From NCBI RefSeq assembly GCF_001457595.1, contig NZ_LN831039.1, positions 1,350,001-1,382,000 on the forward strand: a stretch of 32,000 bases of DNA, read 5' to 3'. Source of the stretch: Mycolicibacterium smegmatis. Lineage in GTDB: Bacteria; Actinomycetota; Actinomycetes; Mycobacteriales; Mycobacteriaceae. The notes beneath the pieces are model-generated. The model was not told where the DNA came from and did no database searches. It saw only the letters and a list, made by a program, of their open reading frames with translations. This document shows positions 21,541-30,708 of the stretch, in pieces; within the stretch, counting starts at the first letter, position 1; every line of letters begins with the position of its first letter. The translations under genes were made by a program, and so were the position numbers.

Positions 21541-24468
21541 ATGACAACTACCAAACCCCGTGTCCTCATTGAGGATTGGCTACCTGTTTCAGAGCTCGGC
21601 ATTGAGTCACGTCGTGAACGAGCAGCCGCGTCTGCATTGCCGCCGCTCTCGTTCCTGCATGTTTGGTGGGCTCGCCGGCCGTTGGTCGCCTCCGCGGCTG
21701 TCGTCCTTGGCGGACTTATGCCTGCTTGGTCACAGGAGCTCGCCGACGCCTTCCCCGAGGCAGTGGAACTCCGCGACGAACCTGCTTACCGGCGCTGGCT
21801 GCTGCACCTCGTGGGAATCTGGGGAAACCCGGTAATGGGTCGGCGGCGAATCGACGCAGCGAAGGCCGCAGGCATCAAGCTGCAAGACAACGGATACGGA
21901 TACAAGCAGGCATTCCGAAACGCAATTCCGCGAAGCGATATCGACTTACTTCACAGAGTTCTTGAACGTACGTGGGGGGAGATGCCGATTGTTGCAGACC
22001 CGACAGCGGGTGGTGGCAGTATCCCCTGGACCGCTGTTCGGCTCGGAATCCCTTCTGTTGCCAATGATCTCAACAGCGTCGCTGCCGCCACGCTCCGAGC
22101 CGGGGTGAAGATCCCCGCTGAGCGTGGCACCGAGCTCGTCCAGCACCTCAACAAATGGGGTGGCGTTCTCATAGACCGTGTGCAGAGCTCGTTGAAGGAG
22201 TTCTTCCCACGCCACAATGACGAGAGCATCATCGCCTACGTTTGGGCGAATGCAGTGGCATGTCCACGAACTGGCCGCCTCGTTCCGCTCCTTCCTGACA
22301 AGTGGCTCCGCAAGGACAAAGGGAAGGAAGCCGCCGTCGAAATGTTCACCGAGATCGACGGGGTTGAGCTGGACGTGCCCAGGTTCGAGATTGTTTTAGG
22401 GCGTGATGTGAACGCGGCCATTGCCTCGATCGGGACGACTGGCCGGGGGAAGGCAATCTCGCCGTACGACGACCTCGTGATCGATGGAGACTACATCAAG
22501 GCCGAAGCGCGGGCGGGGCGGATGTCTCACATCCTGTACGCGGTGGCGATCCGGACCGCGGCCGGTGAACGTACGTTCCGCGCGCCTACGGATACAGACC
22601 TGGCTGCAATTCGCGCCGCCGAGGAGCGGTTCACGGAAGTGAAGGATCTGTGGCAGGCGAACGGGATTCTTCCGACGGAGGAGTTTCCTGATGGAAATGA
22701 CCTGCGCCCCAAGCATTATGGGATGACTCACTGGCTGGACTTCTTCACCCCACGTCAGGCGTTCGTGCATGGAACATTTGGTGTCGAGTTCGCCAAGCTT
22801 GTCCCGGAGGTGGAAGCAGCTCTCGGTGACGACGCTGACGATGTGCTGTTCGAGCTGGCCTTAATGCAAGGAAAGGCGCTGAACTGGAACTCGCGGTTAT
22901 CGTCCTGGGATGTCTCACGTCAAAAAATGCGGAGTGTGTTTGACCGGCACGACTTCGCCTTCAAATGGTCATTCGCAGAGTTTGAGGGCGCCACAGCGCT
23001 GTACTCGTGGTGTCTTGATCAGCTGTCCGATGCGTACGAGGGGATCGCGCGGCTCATCGACGAAACCGGTGCTCCTGGGATGGCGGGCGAATCCCCGTTG
23101 GACCGTCGAGTGACCGTGTTTCAGGGGAGCGGTGCCGACCTGAATGCCGTCGAGGAGGCTTCGGTAGCGCACATCTGCATGGACCCGCCGTACTACGACA
23201 ACGTGATGTACGCCGAGTTGGCCGACTTCTTCTACGTCTGGGAGAAGCGCACAATCGGCCGGCTCGTACCGGACTACTTCGACAACGATCTCACCGACAA
23301 GGAAAACGAGGCTGTCGCGAACCCGGCTCGGTTCGCGGCGATGGGTAAGCGGAAGAATGAGCTTGCAGAGCTGGACTACGAGGCGAAGATGACTGCGATC
23401 TTCGCCGAATGTCGCCGTGTGCTCCGTGACGATGGGGTGCTTTCGGTGATGTTCACACACAAGCGGGCTGAGGCGTGGGACACCCTGGGTATGGGCTTAT
23501 TACAGGCTGGATTCACTATCGAGACGTCGTGGCCCGTGAACACAGAATCGGAGCAGTCGCTCCACCAAGCAAATATGAACTCCGCTGCCTCAACGATCAT
23601 GCTCGTATGCCGGAAACGCGACAACGTTGACGGCAACACACGCGTGTATCTCGACGATATCGAGAACGAGATCCGTAACGCCGCTAGGGCGGCGGCGACT
23701 CGGTTCCAGCACGACGGAATCGACGGCGTCGATCTGTTGCTGTCGACATACGGGCCGACATTGTCGGTGATCTCGCAGAATTGGCCAGTGTACTCGTCCG
23801 TTCCGGACGCCGACGGGCGCGATCAGCTGCTCCGCCCGGAAGACGCTCTTGACCTTGCCCGAGAAGAGGTCGTGCAACTCCGTCGTGCGCGGCTTGTCGG
23901 CAAGGCAGCGAACGTCGACGACGTGACTGACTTCGTGCTTATGGCGTGGGACATCTTCGGTGCTCGCGAGTTCCCTTACGACACTGCGCGACTGCTTGCC
24001 CTCGCGGTAGGAGGTCTCGACGTCGATGTCCTCGAACGGGCGAAGATTGTGAAGAAGAAGTCCGGATCAGTCACATTGCTTCAGCCAGCGGAACGGCTGC
24101 GCCGCGATGCCGATAGCGACCTACCCGGTGTGCGACCCGACGCACCGTCCTTCGAGTATGTGATCGACGCGGTCGACACGGCGCTGTACATCGCGAGCGT
24201 CGACGGTATGCAGGAAGCGAAGCGATTTCTCGACCGTCATGGATACACCACCGACTCTGGATTCCTGGCTACCGTGCAAGGCCTGGTCAACGCGATCCCT
24301 CGTACGAAAGCGAAGGGTGTGTGGGTGGTGCCAGAGGCGGGGCTGCTCGATACGCTGTGCACCTTGTACTTCCCGATGGTGACACTCCCGGAGGCCGAGG
24401 ATCTGGCCGCTGCCACGGTGCAGGAAGCGTTGTTCGAGGATTCAGCGGATGACACGCTCTCAGAGTGA
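21541..24468 (+). CDS. DUF1156-type DNA (adenine/cytosine-N4) methylase
   Basis: 975 aa. N-terminus VLIEDWLPVSELGIESRRERAAASALPPLSFLHVWWARRPLVASAAVVLGGLMP is DUF1156-like. SAM motif region VADPTAGGGSIPWTAVRLGIPSVANDLN, catalytic DPPYYDNVMYAELADFFYVW. Confidence 0.9.
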   Translation: MTTTKPRVLIEDWLPVSELGIESRRERAAASALPPLSFLHVWWARRPLVASAAVVLGGLMPAWSQELADAFPEAVELRDEPAYRRWLLHLVGIWGNPVMGRRRIDAAKAAGIKLQDNGYGYKQAFRNAIPRSDIDLLHRVLERTWGEMPIVADPTAGGGSIPWTAVRLGIPSVANDLNSVAAATLRAGVKIPAERGTELVQHLNKWGGVLIDRVQSSLKEFFPRHNDESIIAYVWANAVACPRTGRLVPLLPDKWLRKDKGKEAAVEMFTEIDGVELDVPRFEIVLGRDVNAAIASIGTTGRGKAISPYDDLVIDGDYIKAEARAGRMSHILYAVAIRTAAGERTFRAPTDTDLAAIRAAEERFTEVKDLWQANGILPTEEFPDGNDLRPKHYGMTHWLDFFTPRQAFVHGTFGVEFAKLVPEVEAALGDDADDVLFELALMQGKALNWNSRLSSWDVSRQKMRSVFDRHDFAFKWSFAEFEGATALYSWCLDQLSDAYEGIARLIDETGAPGMAGESPLDRRVTVFQGSGADLNAVEEASVAHICMDPPYYDNVMYAELADFFYVWEKRTIGRLVPDYFDNDLTDKENEAVANPARFAAMGKRKNELAELDYEAKMTAIFAECRRVLRDDGVLSVMFTHKRAEAWDTLGMGLLQAGFTIETSWPVNTESEQSLHQANMNSAASTIMLVCRKRDNVDGNTRVYLDDIENEIRNAARAAATRFQHDGIDGVDLLLSTYGPTLSVISQNWPVYSSVPDADGRDQLLRPEDALDLAREEVVQLRRARLVGKAANVDDVTDFVLMAWDIFGAREFPYDTARLLALAVGGLDVDVLERAKIVKKKSGSVTLLQPAERLRRDADSDLPGVRPDAPSFEYVIDAVDTALYIASVDGMQEAKRFLDRHGYTTDSGFLATVQGLVNAIPRTKAKGVWVVPEAGLLDTLCTLYFPMVTLPEAEDLAAATVQEALFEDSADDTLSE

Positions 24469-27400
24469 GTTTCTAGCGGTCGGGTTACCCGGTACCGGAC
24501 AACCTCGCCAGGCAGCATTCGATATACCCGACGGCTCGGCTGATGACTCGTTCCACGCCGTGGATATTCGGCCCCGATACACCCCAGACGACCGACCTTT
24601 TACGACGTTCTACGTGCCGATGCTGCAACGGGCACGTTCATATGACAGGGCAGTGGGTTACTGGTCGGCCGCGGAGCTGCAGTTTGCTGCTCAGGGAATC
24701 GCGCATTTTCTGGCAAACGGGGGCCGGATGCGGCTGATCGTCGGGGCTCAGTTGTCGCGTTCCGATGTCGATGCGGTGGTCGCGGGTACGCCGCTCGAAG
24801 ATGTGCTAGCTGCGAAAATGCTCGCAGACCCAGAGTTCGAGGGAGCGCGAATCGTCGAATCCGCACACCTGGGTGTATTGGCTTGGATGGTGGCACACGA
24901 TCGTCTTGAGATCCGAGTCGGGGTGCCATGTGAGGGCGATCGGTTGCTGACATACGCAGAGTCCGGACGCTACTTCCACACTAAATACGGCGTTTTTACC
25001 GACCGCTACGGACACAAGGTTGCGTTCACCGGGTCTAATAACGCCTCCGTCCGAGCATGGGCCGCGAATCACGAGACCTTCGACGTGTTTCCCTCGTGGA
25101 ACACTGCGGTTTGGGCGTGGAACGGACAGGCGGCGGCGGATGACTTTGAGAAGCATTGGAACTCGAACGCTGATTCGGGGTGGGCCGTCGTGCCGCTTCC
25201 CCAGGCGGTTCGCGAAAGGCTGATCGCGCACGCCCCGGAAGTTCCTCCGGTTCCGATCTCCGATGCAGATTCCTTTGCCAACGATCCGCCGACCAACCAT
25301 CCTGTTAGCGACGAAGAGGCGTGGGCTGAGCTTGTTTCTCTCGCATCGAACCCGACTATGTCTCCGTATACGGGCGTCGGCACCGCACAGGTCGAGCCGC
25401 TTCCGCACCAGGCAATCCTCATTAACCGGGTAATTAGCACCTTCCCTCGCGGCTACCTGTTCGCAGACGAGGTAGGCCTGGGCAAGACCGTTGAGATGGG
25501 ACTCGTGTTAAGGGAGTTGTTCCTGTCTGGCAAGGCACGATCTGCGTTGTTGCTGGTTCCCGCGTCCGTGATGCGGCAGTGGCAGGAGGAACTCCACGAG
25601 AAGATGAACCTTGATGTGCCTAGATTCGACAAGGGCGGGTTCGTAGATCGCCACGGCCAGCCGATTCCCATAGCCAACGGCGCGAACCCATGGGGGGCGT
25701 TTCCGATCGTGCTCGCCTCGAGTCACCTCGCACGCCGCCGGGACCGCCGCCGCGACCTTCTCGCGGCCGGACCGTGGGACGTGGTGTTCGTCGACGAGGC
25801 ACACCATGCGCGCCGTCGCGGGGCGAGACCAACAGATACACCCAACTCGCTGCTCGGGTTGTTGTTGGAGATGCGGGACAAGCAGATGTGGAAAGCGCTC
25901 TACCTCGCCTCCGCAACGCCCATGCAAATGAACCCCCATGAGGCATGGGATCTGATTTCTCTGCTAGAGCTGCCCGGCCGATGGGGCGCGTCTGCGGACA
26001 ACTTCCTCCAGTACTACGAAAAGCTTCGAACCGACCCAAAGATTCGGAACTGGAAACTACTGTGCGCCATGCTGTCCGACTACTTCAGTGACCATGAAGC
26101 AGATCGTGACGAGCGGCTTGAATCGCAGATCGACGACGCATTGGGATTTGTCGATTCGTACGCGGTTATCGGACTGGCAGATAATCCGCCATCGGCGGAG
26201 ATGCGTTCGAAGATGCCGAATGAGATGTCGGAGTGGATGGATCGGTGGCTTCGTCGGCATACACCAATGAGAGACAGGGTGTTCCGCAATACTCGATCGA
26301 CGCTCCGTGCCTATCAGAGCGCCGGAATCATCGCAGATGATGTCGTCATCCCACACCGGCACGTCGACGATGTTTTCATCAACCTCGCAGTAACCGAGCG
26401 TCGACTCTATGAGCGCATCGAGGAGTACATTCGTCGCCACTACAACGCGTACAAGAGTGACAAGTCCAGCCAAGCACTCGGCTTCATCATGACCGTCTAT
26501 CGCCGCCGCCTGACCTCCTCCTTCGAGGCGATCAAGAAGTCCCTGACTCGGAGACTCACTGTCCTCGAAGCGGGCAAGAACCTATCAGAGATGTTGTCGG
26601 AAGATGACAGCCTCGACGTCGAGGAGGGGTTGTTCGACCCCGAGGCATTCGACGCATCCTCCGCACTCCTTCAGGACGAACTGAACGAGCTTCGCTTGTT
26701 CCTGGCGGAACTAGACATGATCACCGGAGAGGACACCAAGGCAACCCAACTGGTCACCGATGTGAACCAATCCCTTCTGAGCTACGACAGCGTCGTGGTG
26801 TTCACCCAGTACACCGACACCATGGACTACGTTAGGGAACGACTCATCGCCGCCGGCATTACGAAGATCGGCTGTTACTCGGGTCGCGGCGGCGAGGTAT
26901 TCCAGCCCAAAACCGGAGCCTGGGAGGACGTGACCAAAGCTCAGATCAAAGAACATTTCAGAAATGGCCACCTGACGGTGCTCATCGGTACCGACTCGAT
27001 GAGTGAAGGCTTGAACCTGCAAACCTCCGGGCGACTCATCAATTACGACATGCCCTGGAATCTCATGCGTGTCGAGCAACGAATCGGACGCGTCGATCGG
27101 ATCGGAGCTACCTACCCGGACATCGAGGTCACCAATTACTTTTACGCTGACACCGTCGAGCAACGAGTCTACGAAGGCCTCGCCCAGGATTATGGCGACT
27201 TTACTAACATCATCGGCGACGCAGCACCAGTCCTCGGGAACGTGGAGAAGGCCATCGAACAGTTGGCTTTGGGGGACGCCAGCGATGAATCGATTGACGA
27301 GCACGTCGATGCGATCAAGGGTGAAGCGAAACAACTCAACAGCCGGGCAGTCAAGGCAACAGATCTCGGTGCCGCCCCAGACACACCCGGCGACATCGAG

Positions 27401-27751
27401 GTTCCGCCCACCCTGTCGGGTGAAATCGGGTTGGGCGATTTGGAACAGGTCTTGACGTCGAACCCGCTCACGGCGCCGTGGCTTGAAGCAGTCGACGGGA
27501 AGACAGGGGTTTACCGCCTATCGTCACCGACGCAGACGCGCGCAACCTCCTTCGCGCCCGATGCTGGGACAACATCAGCTGCTGACTATCGGAGCGAGCA
27601 CGACACTCGGGAGAGGCGTCTCGTGACGTTCGACCGAAGTGTAAGTGATCGCAGCGCCGAGGACGTTTCGTTGCTGACCTACGGAACTCCCGAGCTGGAA
27701 GCGCTCCTCCCAAGCGTGGATAAATCGGCTAAGTGGGGTGGTCCGGACTGA
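24449..27751 (+). CDS. SNF2/SF2-type helicase with N-terminal phospholipase-D-like nuclease domain
   Basis: 1100 aa. N-terminal HTKYGVFTDRYGHKVAFTGSNNAS is an HxKxnD...GSxN PLD motif. Helicase motifs FADEVGLGKTVEMGLVL, VFVDEAHHARR, YLASATPMQMN, VVFTQYTDTMDYVRERL, VLIGTDSMSEGLNLQ, RVEQRIGRVDRIG. Confidence 0.9.
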   Translation: MTRSQSEFLAVGLPGTGQPRQAAFDIPDGSADDSFHAVDIRPRYTPDDRPFTTFYVPMLQRARSYDRAVGYWSAAELQFAAQGIAHFLANGGRMRLIVGAQLSRSDVDAVVAGTPLEDVLAAKMLADPEFEGARIVESAHLGVLAWMVAHDRLEIRVGVPCEGDRLLTYAESGRYFHTKYGVFTDRYGHKVAFTGSNNASVRAWAANHETFDVFPSWNTAVWAWNGQAAADDFEKHWNSNADSGWAVVPLPQAVRERLIAHAPEVPPVPISDADSFANDPPTNHPVSDEEAWAELVSLASNPTMSPYTGVGTAQVEPLPHQAILINRVISTFPRGYLFADEVGLGKTVEMGLVLRELFLSGKARSALLLVPASVMRQWQEELHEKMNLDVPRFDKGGFVDRHGQPIPIANGANPWGAFPIVLASSHLARRRDRRRDLLAAGPWDVVFVDEAHHARRRGARPTDTPNSLLGLLLEMRDKQMWKALYLASATPMQMNPHEAWDLISLLELPGRWGASADNFLQYYEKLRTDPKIRNWKLLCAMLSDYFSDHEADRDERLESQIDDALGFVDSYAVIGLADNPPSAEMRSKMPNEMSEWMDRWLRRHTPMRDRVFRNTRSTLRAYQSAGIIADDVVIPHRHVDDVFINLAVTERRLYERIEEYIRRHYNAYKSDKSSQALGFIMTVYRRRLTSSFEAIKKSLTRRLTVLEAGKNLSEMLSEDDSLDVEEGLFDPEAFDASSALLQDELNELRLFLAELDMITGEDTKATQLVTDVNQSLLSYDSVVVFTQYTDTMDYVRERLIAAGITKIGCYSGRGGEVFQPKTGAWEDVTKAQIKEHFRNGHLTVLIGTDSMSEGLNLQTSGRLINYDMPWNLMRVEQRIGRVDRIGATYPDIEVTNYFYADTVEQRVYEGLAQDYGDFTNIIGDAAPVLGNVEKAIEQLALGDASDESIDEHVDAIKGEAKQLNSRAVKATDLGAAPDTPGDIEVPPTLSGEIGLGDLEQVLTSNPLTAPWLEAVDGKTGVYRLSSPTQTRATSFAPDAGTTSAADYRSEHDTRERRLVTFDRSVSDRSAEDVSLLTYGTPELEALLPSVDKSAKWGGPD

Positions 27752-27806
27752 CAGGCCTTTCGAGGGCCGGGGCGGAATTTGTCAAGGTGTTTGAGTCCAG
27801 TGGGTG

Positions 27807-28391
27807 TTAAGCGGCTTCCGTTTCGGTCTCCTGTTCGGCCGGTTTGGGTGGGTTGATCGCCGCGGATTCAGGTAGGTCGATGACCTTGGGTGCGGTGTCG
27901 CGGCCGAATCGGCGTGGGTGGCGCGCCCTGGCGTCGGCGAGCACGGCTCGGCGCTGGGTGTCTTTCCCGCCGGCGAGGCCGTAGAACACATCGGCGGGTG
28001 TGTGCAGCCCGATGCCGCTGTGGCGGTGTTCATGGTTGTACCACTGCACGAATCGGTCCATGAAATCCCTCGCGTGATGGATGGATTCGAAGCGTTCCGG
28101 GAACGCCGGCGCATACTTCAAGGTCTTGAACCAGGACTCGCTGTAGGGGTTGTCGTTGGATACCTTGGGCCGCGAATGCGAGCGGATGACTCCCAGATCC
28201 GAGAGCAGTCCGGCGACGGTGTTGCTGGTCATCGAGGTGCCCCGATCAGCGTGCACGACGTGTGGGATGCCGTAGGTGCCGAAGATCTGTTCCATCATCT
28301 CCTTGGCCAGCTGGCCGCATTCGCGGGCGTGCACATGGACCCCGACGATGTAACGCGAGTAAATGTCGATCATCACGTAGGCGTCGTAGTA
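27807..28391 (-). pseudogene. 3' part of the outer IS3-family orfB (integrase core), separated by the inner IS
   Basis: VYYDAYVMIDIYSRYIVGVHVHARECGQLAKEMMEQIFGTYGIPHVVHADRGTSMTSNTVAGLLSDLGVIRSHSRPKVSNDNPYSESWFKTLKYAPAFP: DDE integrase core of IS3 type. Confidence 0.85.
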
Positions 28392-28474
28392 GACCTGGCG
28401 TGTTCCCACTGATTGAGTCCAACCAGTTCTAGAGTCCTGTAGCCCGATGTCGGGCGAGAAGGGACGATGAACGT

Positions 28475-28756
28475 ATGGCTGGTCGGAAGCGGCACTCTGC
28501 AGAAGACATCGTGCGCAAACTGCGCCGTGCGGACGAACTGACCGCGGAAGGCAAGACCGGCGAGGAAATCGCCGCCGAACTCGAGGTCTCGCCCGCGACG
28601 CTGTACAACTGGCGCCGCTCCTACGGCGGCATGGACACCGACGCCGCCAAAGAACTCAAGGAACTGCGCGAGCAGAACGCCCGACTCAAGCGACTGCTCG
28701 CCGAGGCCGAGCTGGTCAAAGACGCCCTGCGGGAGGTCGCGAAGGGAAAATTCTGA
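28475..28756 (+). CDS. IS3-family transposase OrfA (inner element)
   Basis: MAGRKRHSAEDIVRKLRRADELTAEGKTGEEIAAELEVSPATLYNWRRSYGGMD...NARLKRLLAEAELVKDALREVAKGKF: HTH plus leucine zipper. Confidence 0.92.
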   Translation: MAGRKRHSAEDIVRKLRRADELTAEGKTGEEIAAELEVSPATLYNWRRSYGGMDTDAAKELKELREQNARLKRLLAEAELVKDALREVAKGKF

Positions 28757-28785
28757 GCCCAGCTGCCAAGCGCCGCGCCGTCGAC

Positions 28786-29619
28786 ATGCTCACCACCACG
28801 ATGGGTATGTCGGAACGGCTGGCCTGCAAAGCCGTTGGGCTGGCCCGCTCCACCTGCCGTCGCCTCCCTCTGGCGGAGACCCCCGCTGATCCCGATGCTG
28901 AGATGCGGGGCTGGCTGCGTTCCTACGCCACCAAACACCCCTGCCATGGGTTCCGACGTGCCTGGGCAGCGCTGCGCTACGACGAACGCCGTGAGGTCAA
29001 CAAGAAGAAGATCCACCGGCTGTGGCGCGAGGAGGGCCTGCAGGTGCGGGTGCACAGTCCGCGTAAGCGGGCCGGGGTGTCCTCCATCCCGCCGATCGAG
29101 GCCGACGCCCCGAACGTGGTGTGGGCGATCGACTTCCAGTTCGATTCCACCATCGACGGCAAGGCCATCAAGATCGCCTCGATGATCGACGAACACACCC
29201 GCGTCTCGCTGCTCAACATCGTCGAACGCTCGATCACCGCCGACCGACTCGTTGAGGAGTTGAAGAAGGTGTTCGTCGCGGCGGGTGGGCCGCCGAGGGT
29301 GCTGCGGATGGACAACGGGCCGGAATTCATTTCTCAAGCACTGCAACAGTTTTGCGACGGAAGGATCGGTATGTCCTATATTCCGCCAGGGACGCCGTGG
29401 AACAACGGACACATCGAATCGTTCAACAACCGACTGCGCAAGGAGTGCCTGAACCGCAACCACTGGAACACCCTGCTCGAGGCCCGGGTGGTCATCGGCG
29501 ACTTCAAAGACGAGCACAACCACCGACACCGACACTCGGCGCTGGGCTACCGCACGCCGGCCGAGTACGCTGCCGTCTGCAGCTGCACCCACACACCGGT
29601 GGCCTGCAGCATCAACTGA
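28786..29619 (+). CDS. IS3-family transposase OrfB (inner element), DDE integrase; may be made as an OrfAB fusion
   Basis: VWAIDFQFDSTIDGKAIKIASMIDEHTRVSLLNIVERSITADRLVEEL...LRMDNGPEFIS...GTPWNNGHIESFNNRLRKECLNRNHW. The frame is open upstream into the end of orfA. Confidence 0.93.
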   Translation: MLTTTMGMSERLACKAVGLARSTCRRLPLAETPADPDAEMRGWLRSYATKHPCHGFRRAWAALRYDERREVNKKKIHRLWREEGLQVRVHSPRKRAGVSSIPPIEADAPNVVWAIDFQFDSTIDGKAIKIASMIDEHTRVSLLNIVERSITADRLVEELKKVFVAAGGPPRVLRMDNGPEFISQALQQFCDGRIGMSYIPPGTPWNNGHIESFNNRLRKECLNRNHWNTLLEARVVIGDFKDEHNHRHRHSALGYRTPAEYAAVCSCTHTPVACSIN

Positions 29620-29678
29620 AACTGGATCACACCAACCCGACTCCAGAACCGGGTGGACTCAGTATCGGGGACTCGCCA

Positions 29679-30107
29679 GACCCCTTTGACCGGGCCGGCC
29701 AGTTTGGTGATGTCCCACGAATACACCTGCCGCGGCGCGGTGGCCACCAGTTCCGGGCAGACCGCTTTGCGGTGCCGGGCCAGCCGACGGCGCTCCTTGA
29801 CCAGCTTGTTGGCATTGAGGACGCGGTACATCGTCGACACCGAACACAGGTAGCTGCCTTCATCGAGCAACGTGGCCCACACCTGCATCGGCGCGGCATC
29901 GACGAACCGGGCACTGTTGAGCACCTCAACCACCCGGGTGCATTCGGACTCGGTGAGCTTGTTGACCGGGACCGGTCGTGGTGCCCGATCGGCAGGCGCC
30001 GGCGCGGGTTTGGCGCGTCGAGTGGCCGTCGAGCGGTGCATGCCGGTCACCTCCGCGGCCTTGCGGGTCGGAATCTGGATATCCCGCAGATCGTTGTAGG
30101 CATCCAT
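29679..30107 (-). pseudogene. 5' part of the outer IS3-family orfB
   Basis: MDAYNDLRDIQIPTRKAAEVTGMHRSTATRRAKPAP...VLNSARFVDAAPMQVWATLLDEGSYLCSVSTMYRVLNANKLVKERRR...YSWDITKLAGPVKGV, interrupted by the inner IS. Confidence 0.88.
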
Positions 30108-30535
30108 CAGCGCTTGGTCGGCGGCGTGTCGGTGTCCGCGCTCTCGGAGAGAGACTCCAAGAGCGCGTGTGCTTTTCCCATGATCCCCAGGGCAGCCTCG
30201 GTGGTCGCCAGCCGATTATTGGCCTGGGCGAGTTCCTTTTTCAGGCGGGCGATCTCGGCCTGCTCGCGGGTGAGTTTACCGACCTTCTCCCCAGGTGCCT
30301 TGCCTTCCAACACCCCAGCATCGCGTTGTTTGCGCCACTCGGCGATCTGCGAGGAATACAACCCCTCACCGCGCAGGTACGCCCCACCATCGTTGGTCGT
30401 ACAGGCCTGCTCATAGGCATCCAGGTGGGCCAGCTTCTGCGCCGGAGAAATCGAGCGCCGCCGGCGCGGGCCATCAGATCGCGGTGAAGGTGCCACCGCT
30501 CCAGTCTCGCGCACAGCAGCCATCGTCGTCGTCAT
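30107..30535 (-). CDS. IS3-family transposase OrfA (outer element)
   Basis: RRRSISPAQKLAHLDAYEQACTTNDGGAYLRGEGLYSSQIAEWRKQRDAGVLEGKAPGEKVGKLTREQAEIARLKKELAQANNRLATTEAALGIMGKAHALLE. Stop overlaps the orfB start by one base. Confidence 0.85.
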   Translation of the reverse strand: MTTTMAAVRETGAVAPSPRSDGPRRRRSISPAQKLAHLDAYEQACTTNDGGAYLRGEGLYSSQIAEWRKQRDAGVLEGKAPGEKVGKLTREQAEIARLKKELAQANNRLATTEAALGIMGKAHALLESLSESADTDTPPTKR

Positions 30536-30708
30536 GGTTCAGGTGATTCCGTTCTCGCCCCGAGATCAAGCCAAGTTGCCAAGTTGCTAAGTACCAGTGG
30601 ACTCAACTCACCCTGACACCCAGGGAGAGGGCAAGTTGAGGCGCCGCCGGGGAGCTACCCCGATGGCGCCTCGCTGGGGTCTGCCGCACGATCAGGTGAC
30701 AGATTCGG

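Larger units (their letters stand above)
28396..29678 (+). mobile_element. Complete IS3-family element (inner), 1283 bp
   Basis: Ends TGGCGTGTTCCCACTGATTGAGTCC (28396) and ...GGACTCAGTATCGGGGACTCGCCA (29678). Flanked by the 4-bp direct repeat GACC (28392-28395 and 29679-29682). Carries intact orfA and orfB. Confidence 0.88.
27780..30618 (-). mobile_element. IS3-family element (outer), interrupted by another IS3-family element
   Basis: Imperfect ends TGTCAAGGTGTTTGAGTCCAGTGG (from 27780) and, on the minus strand from 30618, TGTCAGGGTGAGTTGAGTCCACTGG. Contains orfA plus a split orfB. No clear target duplication at the outer ends. Confidence 0.75.

Noticed and set aside
26711-27334. 207-aa minus-strand ORF within the helicase
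   Set aside because: Antisense to helicase motifs VLIGTDSMSEGLNLQ and RVEQRIGRVDRIG; no independent support.
17780-27751. Classical type I/II restriction-modification, BREX or DISARM assignment
   Set aside because: No HsdS/HsdR, PglZ/BrxL or DrmA/B genes are recognisable. The combination of DUF499-type ATPase, DUF1156-type methylase and PLD-SNF2 helicase fits an Hma-like locus better.
28621-30416. ORFs 28621..29592 - and 29352..30416 +
   Set aside because: Antisense or wrong-frame readings of the nested IS3 transposases.
27777-30621. Target site duplication for the outer IS3-family element
   Set aside because: The flanks next to the imperfect inverted repeats (ATT on the left, CCC on the right) do not match, so I cannot claim a duplication.
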